Source: a virus | Taxonomy: Duplodnaviria; Heunggongvirae; Uroviricota; Caudoviricetes | Virus record (IMG/VR): IMGVR_UViG_2740892235_000010 | Location: 1-32,931 of that record | DNA: 32,931 nt | Strand: one strand, 5' to 3' | Shown here: piece by piece, positions 8,491 to 17,674 of the stretch | Position numbering within the stretch: position 1 is the stretch's first letter | Layout: each line of letters opens with the position of its first letter | Position numbers and translations under genes: made by a program | Notes under the pieces: model-generated | Told to the model about the DNA's origin: nothing | The model's input: only the letters and a program-made list of their open reading frames with translations | Databases searched by the model: none

Positions 8491-9582
8491 GTGAACAAAA
8501 TTTCAGCGGTGAGCTTATTTACTGGGGCAGGAGGGATGGATGTCGGTTTCTCTAATGCCGGGTTCCGAACAGTTTGGGCCAATGATATAGATAAGGATGC
8601 ATGTGATACATTTAAGCTTAATCATGAATCACCTGTTTTTTGTGGTGATATTGATGAGATGCTAAGTGAATTGTCTGGGCTGAAAAATATAGGTTGTGTT
8701 TTTGGTGGGCCTCCATGCCAAGGATTTTCTGTGGCAGGGAAAATGGACGCTCATGATCCACGTAGTAAGCTGGTTATGTCATTCATGCGGGCGGTGGATA
8801 TAATTCAACCAGAATGCTTTGTTATGGAGAATGTTAAGGCTTTAGCACAGTTGTCCAAATTTGAACCAGTTAGGTGTGAACTGTTTAAGATGGCTGAAAA
8901 GTCAGGCTATCGTTCAGCCTTGCTGGTGCTGAATTCTAAAGATTTTGGCGTTCCTCAGAATAGGGAACGTATGTTTTTTATAGGGTTTCGTTCCGAAAAT
9001 GATGTGAAACGAGTTGAGGCGGCGATAAAAAAATACCAATATCTTTCGCCAACAGTTGGTGAGATTATTCGGCCTTTAGGGCGAGCGGGTAATCCAAACA
9101 ATTCAAGAGTCTGTAATGCAAGGATTACAAATGCTGCTAAGCCAGTATTACGGAAGTCACCTTACGCGGGAATGATGTTTAACGGGCAGGGAAGACCAAT
9201 TAACCCGAATGGGTATGCTTCAACTATAGCTGCTTCTATGGGGGGGAATAGGACACCAATTATTGATGAAGAACACCTTTATGATGGCTCAACAAGTTAT
9301 GTTGAGACTTATCATAATCATCTAATGAATGGTGGTGAGCCAAAAGATATGCACGATGTACCTAGTCGTTTACGTCGACTAACGATAGATGAGGCTCTTT
9401 TGATTCAAACATTCCCGAGTAATTATGTCTTTGTGGGGAAAAATTCGTCAATTTGGCGTCAGATAGGGAATGCTGTGCCTTGTAAATTGGCGCAGGCTGT
9501 TGCTGCAGGGGTTTTGGATGTCCTTACTGGTAAAACTATTAATGTTCAAAAGAGTCAAACAGAGTTGAGTTTGAATTCGTAA
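8428..9582 (+). CDS. DNA (cytosine-5)-methyltransferase
   Basis: Motif I FTGAGGMDVGF, motif IV GGPPCQGFS, motif VI FVMENV, motif VIII QNRERMFFIGF, motif X RQIGNAVP. Start is TTG at 8428 preceded by AGGTGA; alternative GTG at 8491. Confidence 0.9.
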   Translation: MCVDPYLSLVLFQNRIIGAKEVNKISAVSLFTGAGGMDVGFSNAGFRTVWANDIDKDACDTFKLNHESPVFCGDIDEMLSELSGLKNIGCVFGGPPCQGFSVAGKMDAHDPRSKLVMSFMRAVDIIQPECFVMENVKALAQLSKFEPVRCELFKMAEKSGYRSALLVLNSKDFGVPQNRERMFFIGFRSENDVKRVEAAIKKYQYLSPTVGEIIRPLGRAGNPNNSRVCNARITNAAKPVLRKSPYAGMMFNGQGRPINPNGYASTIAASMGGNRTPIIDEEHLYDGSTSYVETYHNHLMNGGEPKDMHDVPSRLRRLTIDEALLIQTFPSNYVFVGKNSSIWRQIGNAVPCKLAQAVAAGVLDVLTGKTINVQKSQTELSLNS

Positions 9583-9738
9583 AACGGATCACATTTTCAA
9601 ACCGATGGATGCAGAATTTAACATTGCTGCATGAGTTTGCATCTTGAAATCATAAGCTGTACTGCTTGGCTTGACCAGAATTGATGTGGGTAAGAAGTGG
9701 TTATGCACCCGCATTAAAACCGCCCCATTAAGCGGGCG

Positions 9739-9757
9739 GGCGAGGCGGGGAAAGCAC
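9739..9757. other. cos cohesive-end sequence (GGCGAGGCGGGGAAAGCAC) of P2-type phages
   Basis: Exact 19-nt string recalled as the P2 cohesive end. Lies in the GC-rich non-coding stretch between the cargo and Q, where P2 cos is located. Confidence 0.6.
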
Positions 9758-9899
9758 TGCGCGCTGGCGGTGGTGCTGATTTTATTTTTTCAGCGTCTGA
9801 GCGCGTCGTGGCGGCGTTTAGATTTTGCGCCGGGGCGTTGCTGTGTCTGCGGGCTGTTTTGTGCGGTGGTGAGCGTGTGAGGGCGTGATGACTGGGTGT

Positions 9900-9921
9900 A
9901 AAAAAGCCGCCCGCAGGCGGC
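9900..9921 (-). terminator. Rho-independent terminator downstream of Q (end of the Q-P operon)
   Basis: Stem GCCGCC/GGCGGC (9906-9911 / 9916-9921) with a 4-nt loop, followed on the minus strand by T6 (complement of A 9900-9905). 5 nt after the Q stop. Confidence 0.6.
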
Positions 9922-9926
9922 GATGT

Positions 9927-10961
9927 TCAGCCGTTGTCAGTGTCCAGTGAGTAGTTTTTAAAGCGGATGACCTCCTGACCGAGCCAGCCGTTTATCTCGC
10001 GGATCCTGTCCTGTAACGGGATAAGCTCATTGCGGACAAAGACCTTTGCCACTTTCTCAATATCACCCAGCGACCCGACGTTCTCCGGCTTGCCGCCCAT
10101 CAACTGAAAGGGGATGCGGTGCGCGTCCAGCAGGTCAGCGGCGCTGGCTTTTTTGATATTAAAAAAATCGTCCTTCGTTGCCACTTCACTGAGCGGGATA
10201 ATTTTAATGCCGTCGGCTTTTCCCTGCGGGGCATAGAGAAACAGATTTTTAAAGTTGTTGCGGCCTTTCGACTTGACCATGTTTTCGCGAAGCATTTCGA
10301 TATCGTTGCGATCCTGCACGGCATCAGTGACGTACATGATGTATCCGGCATGTGCGCCGTTTTCGTAATACTTGCGGCGGAACAGCGTGGCTGACTCATT
10401 CAGCCAGGCAGAGTTAAGGGCGCTGAGATATTCCGGCATGCCGTACAGCTCCTGATTAATATCCGGCTCCAGCAGATGAAACACGGAGCCGGGCGCGAAA
10501 GGTGTCGGCTCGTTGAAGGACGGCACCCACCAGTAAACATCCTCCTCCACGCCACGGCGGGTATATTTTGCCGGTGAGGTTTCCAGTCTGATGACCTTAC
10601 CGGTGGTGCTGTAACGCTTTTCCAGAAACGCATTACCGAACACCAGAAAATCCAGCGCAAAGCGGCTGAAATCCTGCTGGGAAAGCCACGGATGCGGGAT
10701 AAATGTCGAGGCCAGAATATTGCGTTTGACGTAAATCGGGGAGCTGTGATGCACGGCAGCACGCAGGCTTTTTGCCAGACCGGTAAAGCTGACCGGTGGC
10801 TCATACCATCTGCCGTTACTGATGCACTCGACGTAATCCAGAATGTCACGGCGGTCGAGTACCGGCACCGGTTCACCAAAGGTGAATGCCTCCATTTTCG
10901 GGGCGCTGGCGGTCATTTTTTTTGCCGCAGGTTGCGGTGTTTTCCCTTTTTTCTTGCTCAT
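9927..10961 (-). CDS. Q: Capsid portal protein gpQ
   Basis: 344-aa ORF, same size as P2 Q, and the sequence agrees with what I recall of P2 Q. Operon with P, divergent from O. Confidence 0.9.
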   Translation of the reverse strand: MSKKKGKTPQPAAKKMTASAPKMEAFTFGEPVPVLDRRDILDYVECISNGRWYEPPVSFTGLAKSLRAAVHHSSPIYVKRNILASTFIPHPWLSQQDFSRFALDFLVFGNAFLEKRYSTTGKVIRLETSPAKYTRRGVEEDVYWWVPSFNEPTPFAPGSVFHLLEPDINQELYGMPEYLSALNSAWLNESATLFRRKYYENGAHAGYIMYVTDAVQDRNDIEMLRENMVKSKGRNNFKNLFLYAPQGKADGIKIIPLSEVATKDDFFNIKKASAADLLDAHRIPFQLMGGKPENVGSLGDIEKVAKVFVRNELIPLQDRIREINGWLGQEVIRFKNYSLDTDNG

Positions 10962-12733
10962 CAGTAAAACTCCAGAATGGTGGATGTCAGCGGTGTGCTG
11001 ATACCGGCGGTGAGTGGCTCATTTAACAGGGCGTGCATGGTCGCCCATGCGAGGTCGGCGTGGCTGGCTTCCTCGCTGCGGCTGGCCTCATAGGTGGCGC
11101 TGCGTCCGCTGCTGGTCATGGTCTTGCGGATAGCCATAAACGAGCTGGTGATGTCGGTGGCGCTGACGTCATATTCCAGACAGCCACGACGGATAACGTC
11201 TTTTGCCTTGAGCACCATTGCGGTTTTCATTTCCGGCGTGTAGCGGATATCGCGCGCGGCGGGATAGAACGAGCGCACGAGCTGGAACACGCCGACACCG
11301 AGGCCGGTGGCATCAATACCGATGTATTCGACGTTATATTTTTCGGTGAGTTTGCGGATGGATTCCGCCTGGGTGGCAAAGTCCATACCTTTCCACTGGT
11401 GACGCTCAAGTATTCTGAATTTGCCACCGGCCACCACCGGCGGTGCCAGTACCACGCATCCGGCGCTGTCGCCACGGTGTGACGGGTCGTAACCAATCCA
11501 TACCGGTCGGGAGCCGAACGGATTTGCGGCAAACGGCGCATAGTCTTCCCATTCTTCCAGCGTGTCGACCATGCAGCGTTGCAGCTCCTCGAACGGGAAT
11601 ACCGATGCCTTGTCATCAACAAATTCACACATGAACAGGTTTTTAAAATCGTCGGCGCTGTTTTCGCGTTTAAGCTGCTCAATGTCGAACAATGTGCAGC
11701 CACCTTTCAGGGCGTCCTCAATGGTGACAATCTGCCGCCACTGGCCGTCCGCACAGAGAAGCCCACTGGCAAGGGCGTTATGACTGACGTCGATTTCCAC
11801 GCGTTCGGCGGCGCTGGCGCGTCCCCGGTTGAACAGTTCACCTGACCAGAACGGGTAGGCGTCGTGCGCCAGCGTGGACGGGGTGGAGAAATAGGTCGAG
11901 CGCAGGTGACTCTGTGAGGCCATACCTGATGCCACCTTACGCAGTACCTGAAAATTCGGGATCCAGAAAATCTCGTCGACGTACAGGTCGCCGTTATGGC
12001 TCTGTGCGGTGTTGGAGTTGGTGCCGAGAAAAATCAGTTTTGCGCCGTTATTGCCCAGGACAATCGGGTCACCGGTCAGGTCAACGTCAACCAGACGGGC
12101 AAAGGCGATGATGTATTCGCGGAACACATACGCCTGCGTTTTACTGGCCGACAGAAAAATCTGGTTATGACCGGTTTTCAGGGCGCGCAGCAGCGCCTCG
12201 CGGGAAAAATAAAACGTCGCGCCAATCTGGCGGGATTTCAGGATATCGCGGATGCGGTGCTCAAGCCCGGCGCGATACCAGTGCAACTGATATTCGAAAG
12301 ACTGCTCAAAGAAAATCTGCTCCAGCTTTTCGATGGCCTCGTCACTGAAAAAATTCTTTTTCGGTTTGCGACGCCCGCCTTTGTTGCGGTTAGCGATGTT
12401 CGGATTAAGGTCTGCCTCGTTGCCGGTCTGGCTGTAGCGGTTTACCCGTGCCAGTCGTTCAATCTGGCGTCCGAGCAGGTCAATTTCCTTGAAGTCACCG
12501 CCGGTTTTCTGCGGTTTGATGATGAGCTGGGTCAGCCGCGCTTCCAGACTCATTTCGACACGGCTGATGGGGGCAACACTGTCCCAGCCGTCGCGCTGTT
12601 TCCAGCTCTGCACCGTCGGGCGTTTCATCTGCAACATGGCGGCAATCTGCGGCACGGAAAACCCCTGCCAGTACAGCAGCGCCGCCTGACGACGCGGGTC
12701 GTGTAAAAGAGTGGTGTCTGTGGTGATGGTCAT
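10961..12733 (-). CDS. P: Terminase large (ATPase) subunit gpP
   Basis: Starts MTITTDTTLLHDPRRQAALLYWQGF at ATG 12731-12733 (the ORF-track start at 12763 is upstream). About 590 aa, as in P2 P. Confidence 0.9.
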   Translation of the reverse strand: MTITTDTTLLHDPRRQAALLYWQGFSVPQIAAMLQMKRPTVQSWKQRDGWDSVAPISRVEMSLEARLTQLIIKPQKTGGDFKEIDLLGRQIERLARVNRYSQTGNEADLNPNIANRNKGGRRKPKKNFFSDEAIEKLEQIFFEQSFEYQLHWYRAGLEHRIRDILKSRQIGATFYFSREALLRALKTGHNQIFLSASKTQAYVFREYIIAFARLVDVDLTGDPIVLGNNGAKLIFLGTNSNTAQSHNGDLYVDEIFWIPNFQVLRKVASGMASQSHLRSTYFSTPSTLAHDAYPFWSGELFNRGRASAAERVEIDVSHNALASGLLCADGQWRQIVTIEDALKGGCTLFDIEQLKRENSADDFKNLFMCEFVDDKASVFPFEELQRCMVDTLEEWEDYAPFAANPFGSRPVWIGYDPSHRGDSAGCVVLAPPVVAGGKFRILERHQWKGMDFATQAESIRKLTEKYNVEYIGIDATGLGVGVFQLVRSFYPAARDIRYTPEMKTAMVLKAKDVIRRGCLEYDVSATDITSSFMAIRKTMTSSGRSATYEASRSEEASHADLAWATMHALLNEPLTAGISTPLTSTILEFY

Positions 12734-12906
12734 GAATACCTCGCCGTGATGAATACACGGCAAGGCTACTGAGTCGCGCCCTGCGATTCGCTAAGGTGCT
12801 GTTGTGTCAGTGATAAGCCATCCGGGACTGATGGCGGAGGATGCGCATCGTCGGGAAACTGATGCCGACATGTGACTCCTCTAATCACTATTCAGGACTC
12901 CTGACA
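12734..12906. promoter_or_regulatory. Divergent late promoter region (P_P / P_O)
   Basis: Intergenic region between divergent P and O. Inferred from P2 organisation. TGT/ACA-like elements are present but no clean TGT-N12-ACA dyad was assigned. Confidence 0.35.
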
Positions 12907-13761
12907 ATGGCAAAAAAAGCATCAAAATTCTTTCGTATCGGCGTTGAGGGTGACACCTGTGACGGGCGTGTCATCAGTGCGCAGGATATTCAGGAAATGG
13001 CTGAAACCTTTGACCCGCGTGTCTACGGTTGCCGCATTAACCTGGAACATCTGCGCGGCATCCTGCCTGACGGTATTTTTAAGCGTTATGGCGATGTGGT
13101 CGAACTGAAGGCCGAAAAGATTGATGACGATTCGGCGCTGAAAGGCAAATGGGCGCTGTTTGCGAAAATCACCCCGACCGATGACCTTATCGCGATGAAC
13201 AAGGCCGCGCAGAAGGTCTATACCTCAATGGAAATTCAGCCGAACTTTGCCAACACCGGCAAATGTTATCTGGTGGGGCTGGCCGTCACCGATGACCCGG
13301 CAAGCCTCGGCACGGAATACCTGGAATTCTGCCGCACGGCAAAACACAACCCTCTGAACCGCTTCAAATTAAGCCCTGAAAACCTGATTTCAGTGGCAAC
13401 GCCCGTTGAGCTGGAATTTGAAGACCTGCCTGAAACCGTGTTCACCGCCCTGACCGAAAAGGTGAAATCCATTTTTGGCCGCAAACAGGCCAGCGATGAC
13501 GCCCGTCTGAATGACGTGCATGAAGCGGTGACCGCTGTTGCTGAACATGTGCAGGAAAAACTGAGCGCCACTGAGCAGCGCCTCGCAGAGATGGAAACCG
13601 CCTTTTCCGCACTTAAGCAGGAGGTGACTGACAGGACGGATGAAACCAGCCAGGCATTCACCCGCCTGAAAAACAGTCTCGACCACACCGAAAGTCTGAC
13701 CCAGCAGCGCCGCAGCAAGGCCACCGGTGGTGGCGGTGACGCCCTGATGACGAACTGCTGA
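12907..13761 (+). CDS. O: Capsid scaffolding protein gpO
   Basis: Starts MAKKASKFFRIGVEGDTCDGR at ATG 12907. 284 aa, as in P2 O. Confidence 0.9.
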   Translation: MAKKASKFFRIGVEGDTCDGRVISAQDIQEMAETFDPRVYGCRINLEHLRGILPDGIFKRYGDVVELKAEKIDDDSALKGKWALFAKITPTDDLIAMNKAAQKVYTSMEIQPNFANTGKCYLVGLAVTDDPASLGTEYLEFCRTAKHNPLNRFKLSPENLISVATPVELEFEDLPETVFTALTEKVKSIFGRKQASDDARLNDVHEAVTAVAEHVQEKLSATEQRLAEMETAFSALKQEVTDRTDETSQAFTRLKNSLDHTESLTQQRRSKATGGGGDALMTNC

Positions 13762-13819
13762 CCGGCGTCAGTCAGTCCGGGAAAACCTTCACGATTAACC
13801 CTTAATTTCAGGAATAACT

Positions 13820-14893
13820 ATGCGCCAGGAAACCCGCTTTAAATTTAATGCCTACCTGTCCCGTGTTGCCGAACTGAACGGCATCGACGCCGGTGATGTG
13901 TCGAAAAAATTCACCGTTGAACCGTCGGTCACCCAGACCCTGATGAACACCATGCAGGAGTCCTCTGATTTTCTGACCCGCATCAACATTGTGCCGGTCA
14001 GCGAAATGAAAGGGGAAAAAATTGGTATTGGTGTCACCGGCTCCATCGCCAGCACCAGCGACACCGCCGGTGGCACCGAGCGTCAGCCGAAGGACTTCTC
14101 GAAGCTGGCGTCAAACAAGTACGAATGCGACCAGATTAACTTCGATTTTTATATCCGCTACAAAACGCTTGACCTGTGGGCGCGTTATCAGGATTTCCAG
14201 CTCCGTGTCCGTAACGCCATTATCAAACGCCAGTCCCTTGATTTAATCATGGCCGGTTTTAACGGCGTGAGGCGTGCCGAAACCTCTGACCGCAGCAGTA
14301 ATCCGATGCTGCAGGATGTGGCGGTCGGCTGGCTGCAGAAATACCGCAATGAAGCCCCGGCGCGTGTGATGAGCAAGGTCACTGACGAGGAAGGGCACAC
14401 CACCTCTGAGGTTATCCGCGTGGGTAAGGGCGGTGATTATGCCAGCCTTGACGCACTGGTGATGGATGCGACCAACAACCTGATTGAACCGTGGTATCAG
14501 GAAGACCCTGACCTTGTGGTGATTGTGGGGCGTCAGCTACTGGCGGACAAGTATTTCCCCATCGTTAACAAGGAGCAGGACAACAGCGAAATGCTGGCCG
14601 CTGACGTCATCATCAGCCAGAAACGCATCGGTAACCTGCCAGCGGTACGCGTCCCGTACTTCCCGGCGGATGCGATGCTCATCACGAAGCTGGAAAACCT
14701 GTCCATCTACTACATGGATGACAGCCATCGCCGCGTGATTGAGGAAAACCCGAAACTCGACCGCGTGGAGAACTACGAGTCAATGAACATTGATTACGTG
14801 GTGGAAGACTACGCCGCCGGTTGTCTGGTGGAAAAAATTAAGGTCGGTGATTTCTCCACACCGGCTAAGGCGACCGCAGAGCCGGGAGCGTAA
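13820..14893 (+). CDS. N: Major capsid protein gpN
   Basis: 357 aa, as in P2 N. Follows O. Confidence 0.92.
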   Translation: MRQETRFKFNAYLSRVAELNGIDAGDVSKKFTVEPSVTQTLMNTMQESSDFLTRINIVPVSEMKGEKIGIGVTGSIASTSDTAGGTERQPKDFSKLASNKYECDQINFDFYIRYKTLDLWARYQDFQLRVRNAIIKRQSLDLIMAGFNGVRRAETSDRSSNPMLQDVAVGWLQKYRNEAPARVMSKVTDEEGHTTSEVIRVGKGGDYASLDALVMDATNNLIEPWYQEDPDLVVIVGRQLLADKYFPIVNKEQDNSEMLAADVIISQKRIGNLPAVRVPYFPADAMLITKLENLSIYYMDDSHRRVIEENPKLDRVENYESMNIDYVVEDYAAGCLVEKIKVGDFSTPAKATAEPGA

Positions 14894-14896
14894 CCG

Positions 14897-15640
14897 ATGA
14901 CGAGTCCCGCACAGCGCCACATGATGCGGGTCTCGGCAGCGATGACCGCGCAGCGGGAAGCCGCCCCGCTGCGACATGCAACTGTCTATGAGCAGATGCT
15001 GGTTAAGCTCGCCGCAGACCAGCGCACACTGAAAGCGATTTATTCAAAAGAGCTGAAGGCCGCGAAAAAACGCGAACTGCTGCCGTTCTGGTTGCCGTGG
15101 GTGAACGGCGTTCTGGAGCAGGGCAAAGGTGCACAGGATGACATTCTGATGACGGTCATGCTGTGGCGTCTGGATACCGGCGATATTGCCGGTGCGCTGG
15201 AGATTGCCCGTTATGCCCTGAAGTACGGTCTGACCATGCCGGGTAAACACCGCCGCACCCCGCCGTACATGTTCACCGAGGAAGTGGCACTCGCGGCCAT
15301 GCGCGCTCACGCTGCCGGTGAGTCTGTGGATACCCGCCTGCTGACGGAGACCCTTGAACTGACCGCCGCTGCTGACATGCCTGATGAAGTGCGCGCAAAG
15401 CTGCACAAAATCACCGGTCTGTTTCTGCGTGACGCTGGTGATGCCGCAGGGGCGCTGGCGCACCTGCAACGTGCGACACAGCTCGACTGTCAGGCAGGCG
15501 TCAAAAAAGAGATTGAACGACTGGAGCGGGAGCTGAAACCGAAGCCGGAGCCGCAGCCAAAAGCGGCCACCCGTACCCCGCGTAAGACCCGGAGCGTGAC
15601 ACCGGCAAAACGTGGACGCCCGAAAAAGAAAGCCAGTTAA
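14897..15640 (+). CDS. M: Terminase small (endonuclease) subunit gpM
   Basis: 247 aa. Position and size match P2 M. Basic C-terminal tail. Confidence 0.85.
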   Translation: MTSPAQRHMMRVSAAMTAQREAAPLRHATVYEQMLVKLAADQRTLKAIYSKELKAAKKRELLPFWLPWVNGVLEQGKGAQDDILMTVMLWRLDTGDIAGALEIARYALKYGLTMPGKHRRTPPYMFTEEVALAAMRAHAAGESVDTRLLTETLELTAAADMPDEVRAKLHKITGLFLRDAGDAAGALAHLQRATQLDCQAGVKKEIERLERELKPKPEPQPKAATRTPRKTRSVTPAKRGRPKKKAS

Positions 15641-15739
15641 CAACCGAATGCGCCCCGCGCCAGGGCGGCACGCCGGTCAGTGAGGGTGAATCACCTGACA
15701 CTGCACCGGCGTCCACCGCCCGACTTTTCAGAGGTAGTC

Positions 15740-16249
15740 ATGATGACGCTGATTATTCCGCGAAAGGAGGCTCCCGTGTCCGGTGAGGGTACGGTGGTCA
15801 TCCCGCAACCGGCAGGCGACGAGCCGGTGATTAAAAACACGTTCTTTTTTCCCGATATCGACCCGAAGCGCGTCCGGGAACGTATGCGCCTTGAGCAGAC
15901 CGTCGCCCCCGCCCGTCTGCGTGAGGCCATCAAGTCAGGCATGGCGGAGACGAATGCGGAGCTGTACGAGTACCGCGAACAGAAAATTGCCGCCGGTTTT
16001 ACGCGTCTGGCGGACGTCCCGGCGGACGACATCGACGGTGAAAGCATCAAAGTTTTTTACTACGAGCGCGCCGTGTGTGCGATGGCGACCGCATCACTTT
16101 ATGAGCGTTATCGCGGCGTGGATGCCAGTGCGAAAGGCGACAAGAAGGCCGACAGCATTGACAGCACCATTGATGAGCTGTGGCGGGATATGCGCTGGGC
16201 GGTGGCGCGTATCCAGGACAAGCCGCGCTGCATCGTGAGTCAAATCTGA
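15740..16249 (+). CDS. L: Head completion/stabilisation protein gpL
   Basis: Starts at the tandem ATG 15740/15743 preceded by GAGG (ORF-track start 15680 is upstream). About 169 aa, as in P2 L. Confidence 0.8.
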   Translation: MMTLIIPRKEAPVSGEGTVVIPQPAGDEPVIKNTFFFPDIDPKRVRERMRLEQTVAPARLREAIKSGMAETNAELYEYREQKIAAGFTRLADVPADDIDGESIKVFYYERAVCAMATASLYERYRGVDASAKGDKKADSIDSTIDELWRDMRWAVARIQDKPRCIVSQI

Positions 16250-16452
16250 TGAAGACCTTTGCGCTACAGGGCGACACGCTCGACGCCATTTGTGTCCGGT
16301 ATTACGGGCGCACTGAGGGCGTGGTTGAGACCGTGCTCGCCGCAAATCCGGGACTGGCTGAACTGGGTGCGGTGCTGCCGCACGGCACCGCCGTCGAACT
16401 GCCCGACGTTCAGACCGCGCCCGTGGCTGAAACTGTCAATCTGTGGGAGTAA
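16249..16452 (+). CDS. X: Tail protein gpX, 67 aa
   Basis: ATG at 16249 overlapping the L stop. 67 aa, as in P2 X. Confidence 0.75.
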   Translation: MKTFALQGDTLDAICVRYYGRTEGVVETVLAANPGLAELGAVLPHGTAVELPDVQTAPVAETVNLWE

Positions 16453-16455
16453 CGC

Positions 16456-16737
16456 ATGACAGCAGAAGAAAAAAGCGTCCTGTCGCTTTTCATGATTGGG
16501 GTGCTGATTGTTGTCGGCAAGGTGCTTGCCGGTGGTGAACCCATCACCCCGCGTCTGTTTATCGGGCGCATGTTGCTCGGTGGTTTTGTCTCGATGGTTG
16601 CCGGTGTTGTTCTGGTGCAGTTTCCTGACCTGTCACTGCCTGCGGTGTGCGGCATCGGCTCCATGCTGGGTATCGCCGGTTATCAGGTGATTGAGATTGC
16701 CATTCAGCGCCGCTTTAAGGGCAGGGGGAAACCGTAA
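16456..16737 (+). CDS. Y: Holin gpY
   Basis: 93 aa with hydrophobic transmembrane segments. Immediately precedes the endolysin. Confidence 0.8.
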   Translation: MTAEEKSVLSLFMIGVLIVVGKVLAGGEPITPRLFIGRMLLGGFVSMVAGVVLVQFPDLSLPAVCGIGSMLGIAGYQVIEIAIQRRFKGRGKP

Positions 16738-17234
16738 TGCCGGTAATTAACACGCATCAGAATATCGCCGCCTTTCTCGACATGCTGGCCGTGTCCGAAG
16801 GGACGGCGAACCATCCGCTGACGAAAAACCGGGGCTATGACGTGATAGTCACCGGGCTGGACGGAAAGCCGGAAATTTTCACCGACTACAGTGACCACCC
16901 GTTCGCGCATGGCCGACCGGCGAAGGTGTTTAACCGTCGCGGTGAAAAGTCCACGGCCTCCGGTCGCTATCAGCAGCTTTACCTGTTCTGGCCGCATTAC
17001 CGCAAACAGCTTGCCCTGCCGGATTTCAGTCCGTTGTCACAGGACAGGCTCGCCATTCAGTTGATCCGCGAACGCGGTGCACTGGATGACATCCGGGCGG
17101 GACGCATTGAGCGCGCCATTTCACGCTGTCGCAATATCTGGGCGTCCCTGCCGGGTGCCGGTTACGGTCAGCGTGAGCATTCACTGGAAAAACTGGTCAC
17201 CGTCTGGCGTACCGCCGGCGGTGTACCGGCTTAA
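16737..17234 (+). CDS. K: Endolysin gpK (lysozyme-like)
   Basis: 165 aa, as in P2 K. Position in the lysis cassette. Confidence 0.85.
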   Translation: MPVINTHQNIAAFLDMLAVSEGTANHPLTKNRGYDVIVTGLDGKPEIFTDYSDHPFAHGRPAKVFNRRGEKSTASGRYQQLYLFWPHYRKQLALPDFSPLSQDRLAIQLIRERGALDDIRAGRIERAISRCRNIWASLPGAGYGQREHSLEKLVTVWRTAGGVPA

Positions 17235-17248
17235 ACGGAGTAAACACC

Positions 17249-17674
17249 ATGAAGAAATTATCCCTTTCACTGATGCTGAACGTGTCGCTGGCGCTGATGC
17301 TGGCACTGTCCCTGATTTACCCGCAGAGCGTGGCCGTCAGTTTTGTCGCCGCCTGGGCGATTCTGGCGACGGTTATCTGTGTGGTTGCCGGTGGTGTCGG
17401 CGTGTATGCCACTGAGTATGTGCTGGAACGCTACGGGCGGGAGCTGCCGCCGGAATCGCTGGCCGTGAAGATTGTCACGTCGCTGTTTTTGCAGCCGGTG
17501 CCGTGGCGCAGACGGGCGGCGGCTCTGGTAGTGATGGTGGCGACGTTTATCTCGCTGGTCGCTGCCGGGTGGATTTTTACCGCGCTGATTTATCTCGTGG
17601 CATCGGTGTTCTTCCGGCTGATACGTACGGCCTGCCGTCAGCGTTTTGAGGGGCGGGAACCATGTCAAAGCTGA
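17249..17674 (+). CDS. lysA: Lysis regulator LysA (membrane protein)
   Basis: 141 aa with multiple hydrophobic segments. Position after K. Confidence 0.7.
   Translation: MKKLSLSLMLNVSLALMLALSLIYPQSVAVSFVAAWAILATVICVVAGGVGVYATEYVLERYGRELPPESLAVKIVTSLFLQPVPWRRRAAALVVMVATFISLVAAGWIFTALIYLVASVFFRLIRTACRQRFEGREPCQS

Noticed and set aside
9671-9880. 69-aa plus-strand ORF
   Set aside because: Spans the cos region (including the 19-nt cohesive-end string) and the GC-rich packaging region. The translation is Arg/Cys/Ala-rich with no RBS. More likely non-coding.
10100-12758. Multiple 60-240-aa ORFs in alternative frames and strands (e.g. 10400-10879, 11227-11703, 11996-12706)
   Set aside because: All are nested within the well-supported Q and P genes. 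Their Arg/Ala/Ser-rich compositions are typical of out-of-frame reads through GC-rich coding DNA.
12871-12888. TGT-N12-CAC element as the P_O late promoter activator site
   Set aside because: It is only about 35 bp upstream of the O start codon, too close for a -55 centred activator site plus leader. The real P_O/P_P elements could not be assigned confidently.
15044-15643. 199-aa minus-strand ORF
   Set aside because: Antisense to gpM, with no independent support.
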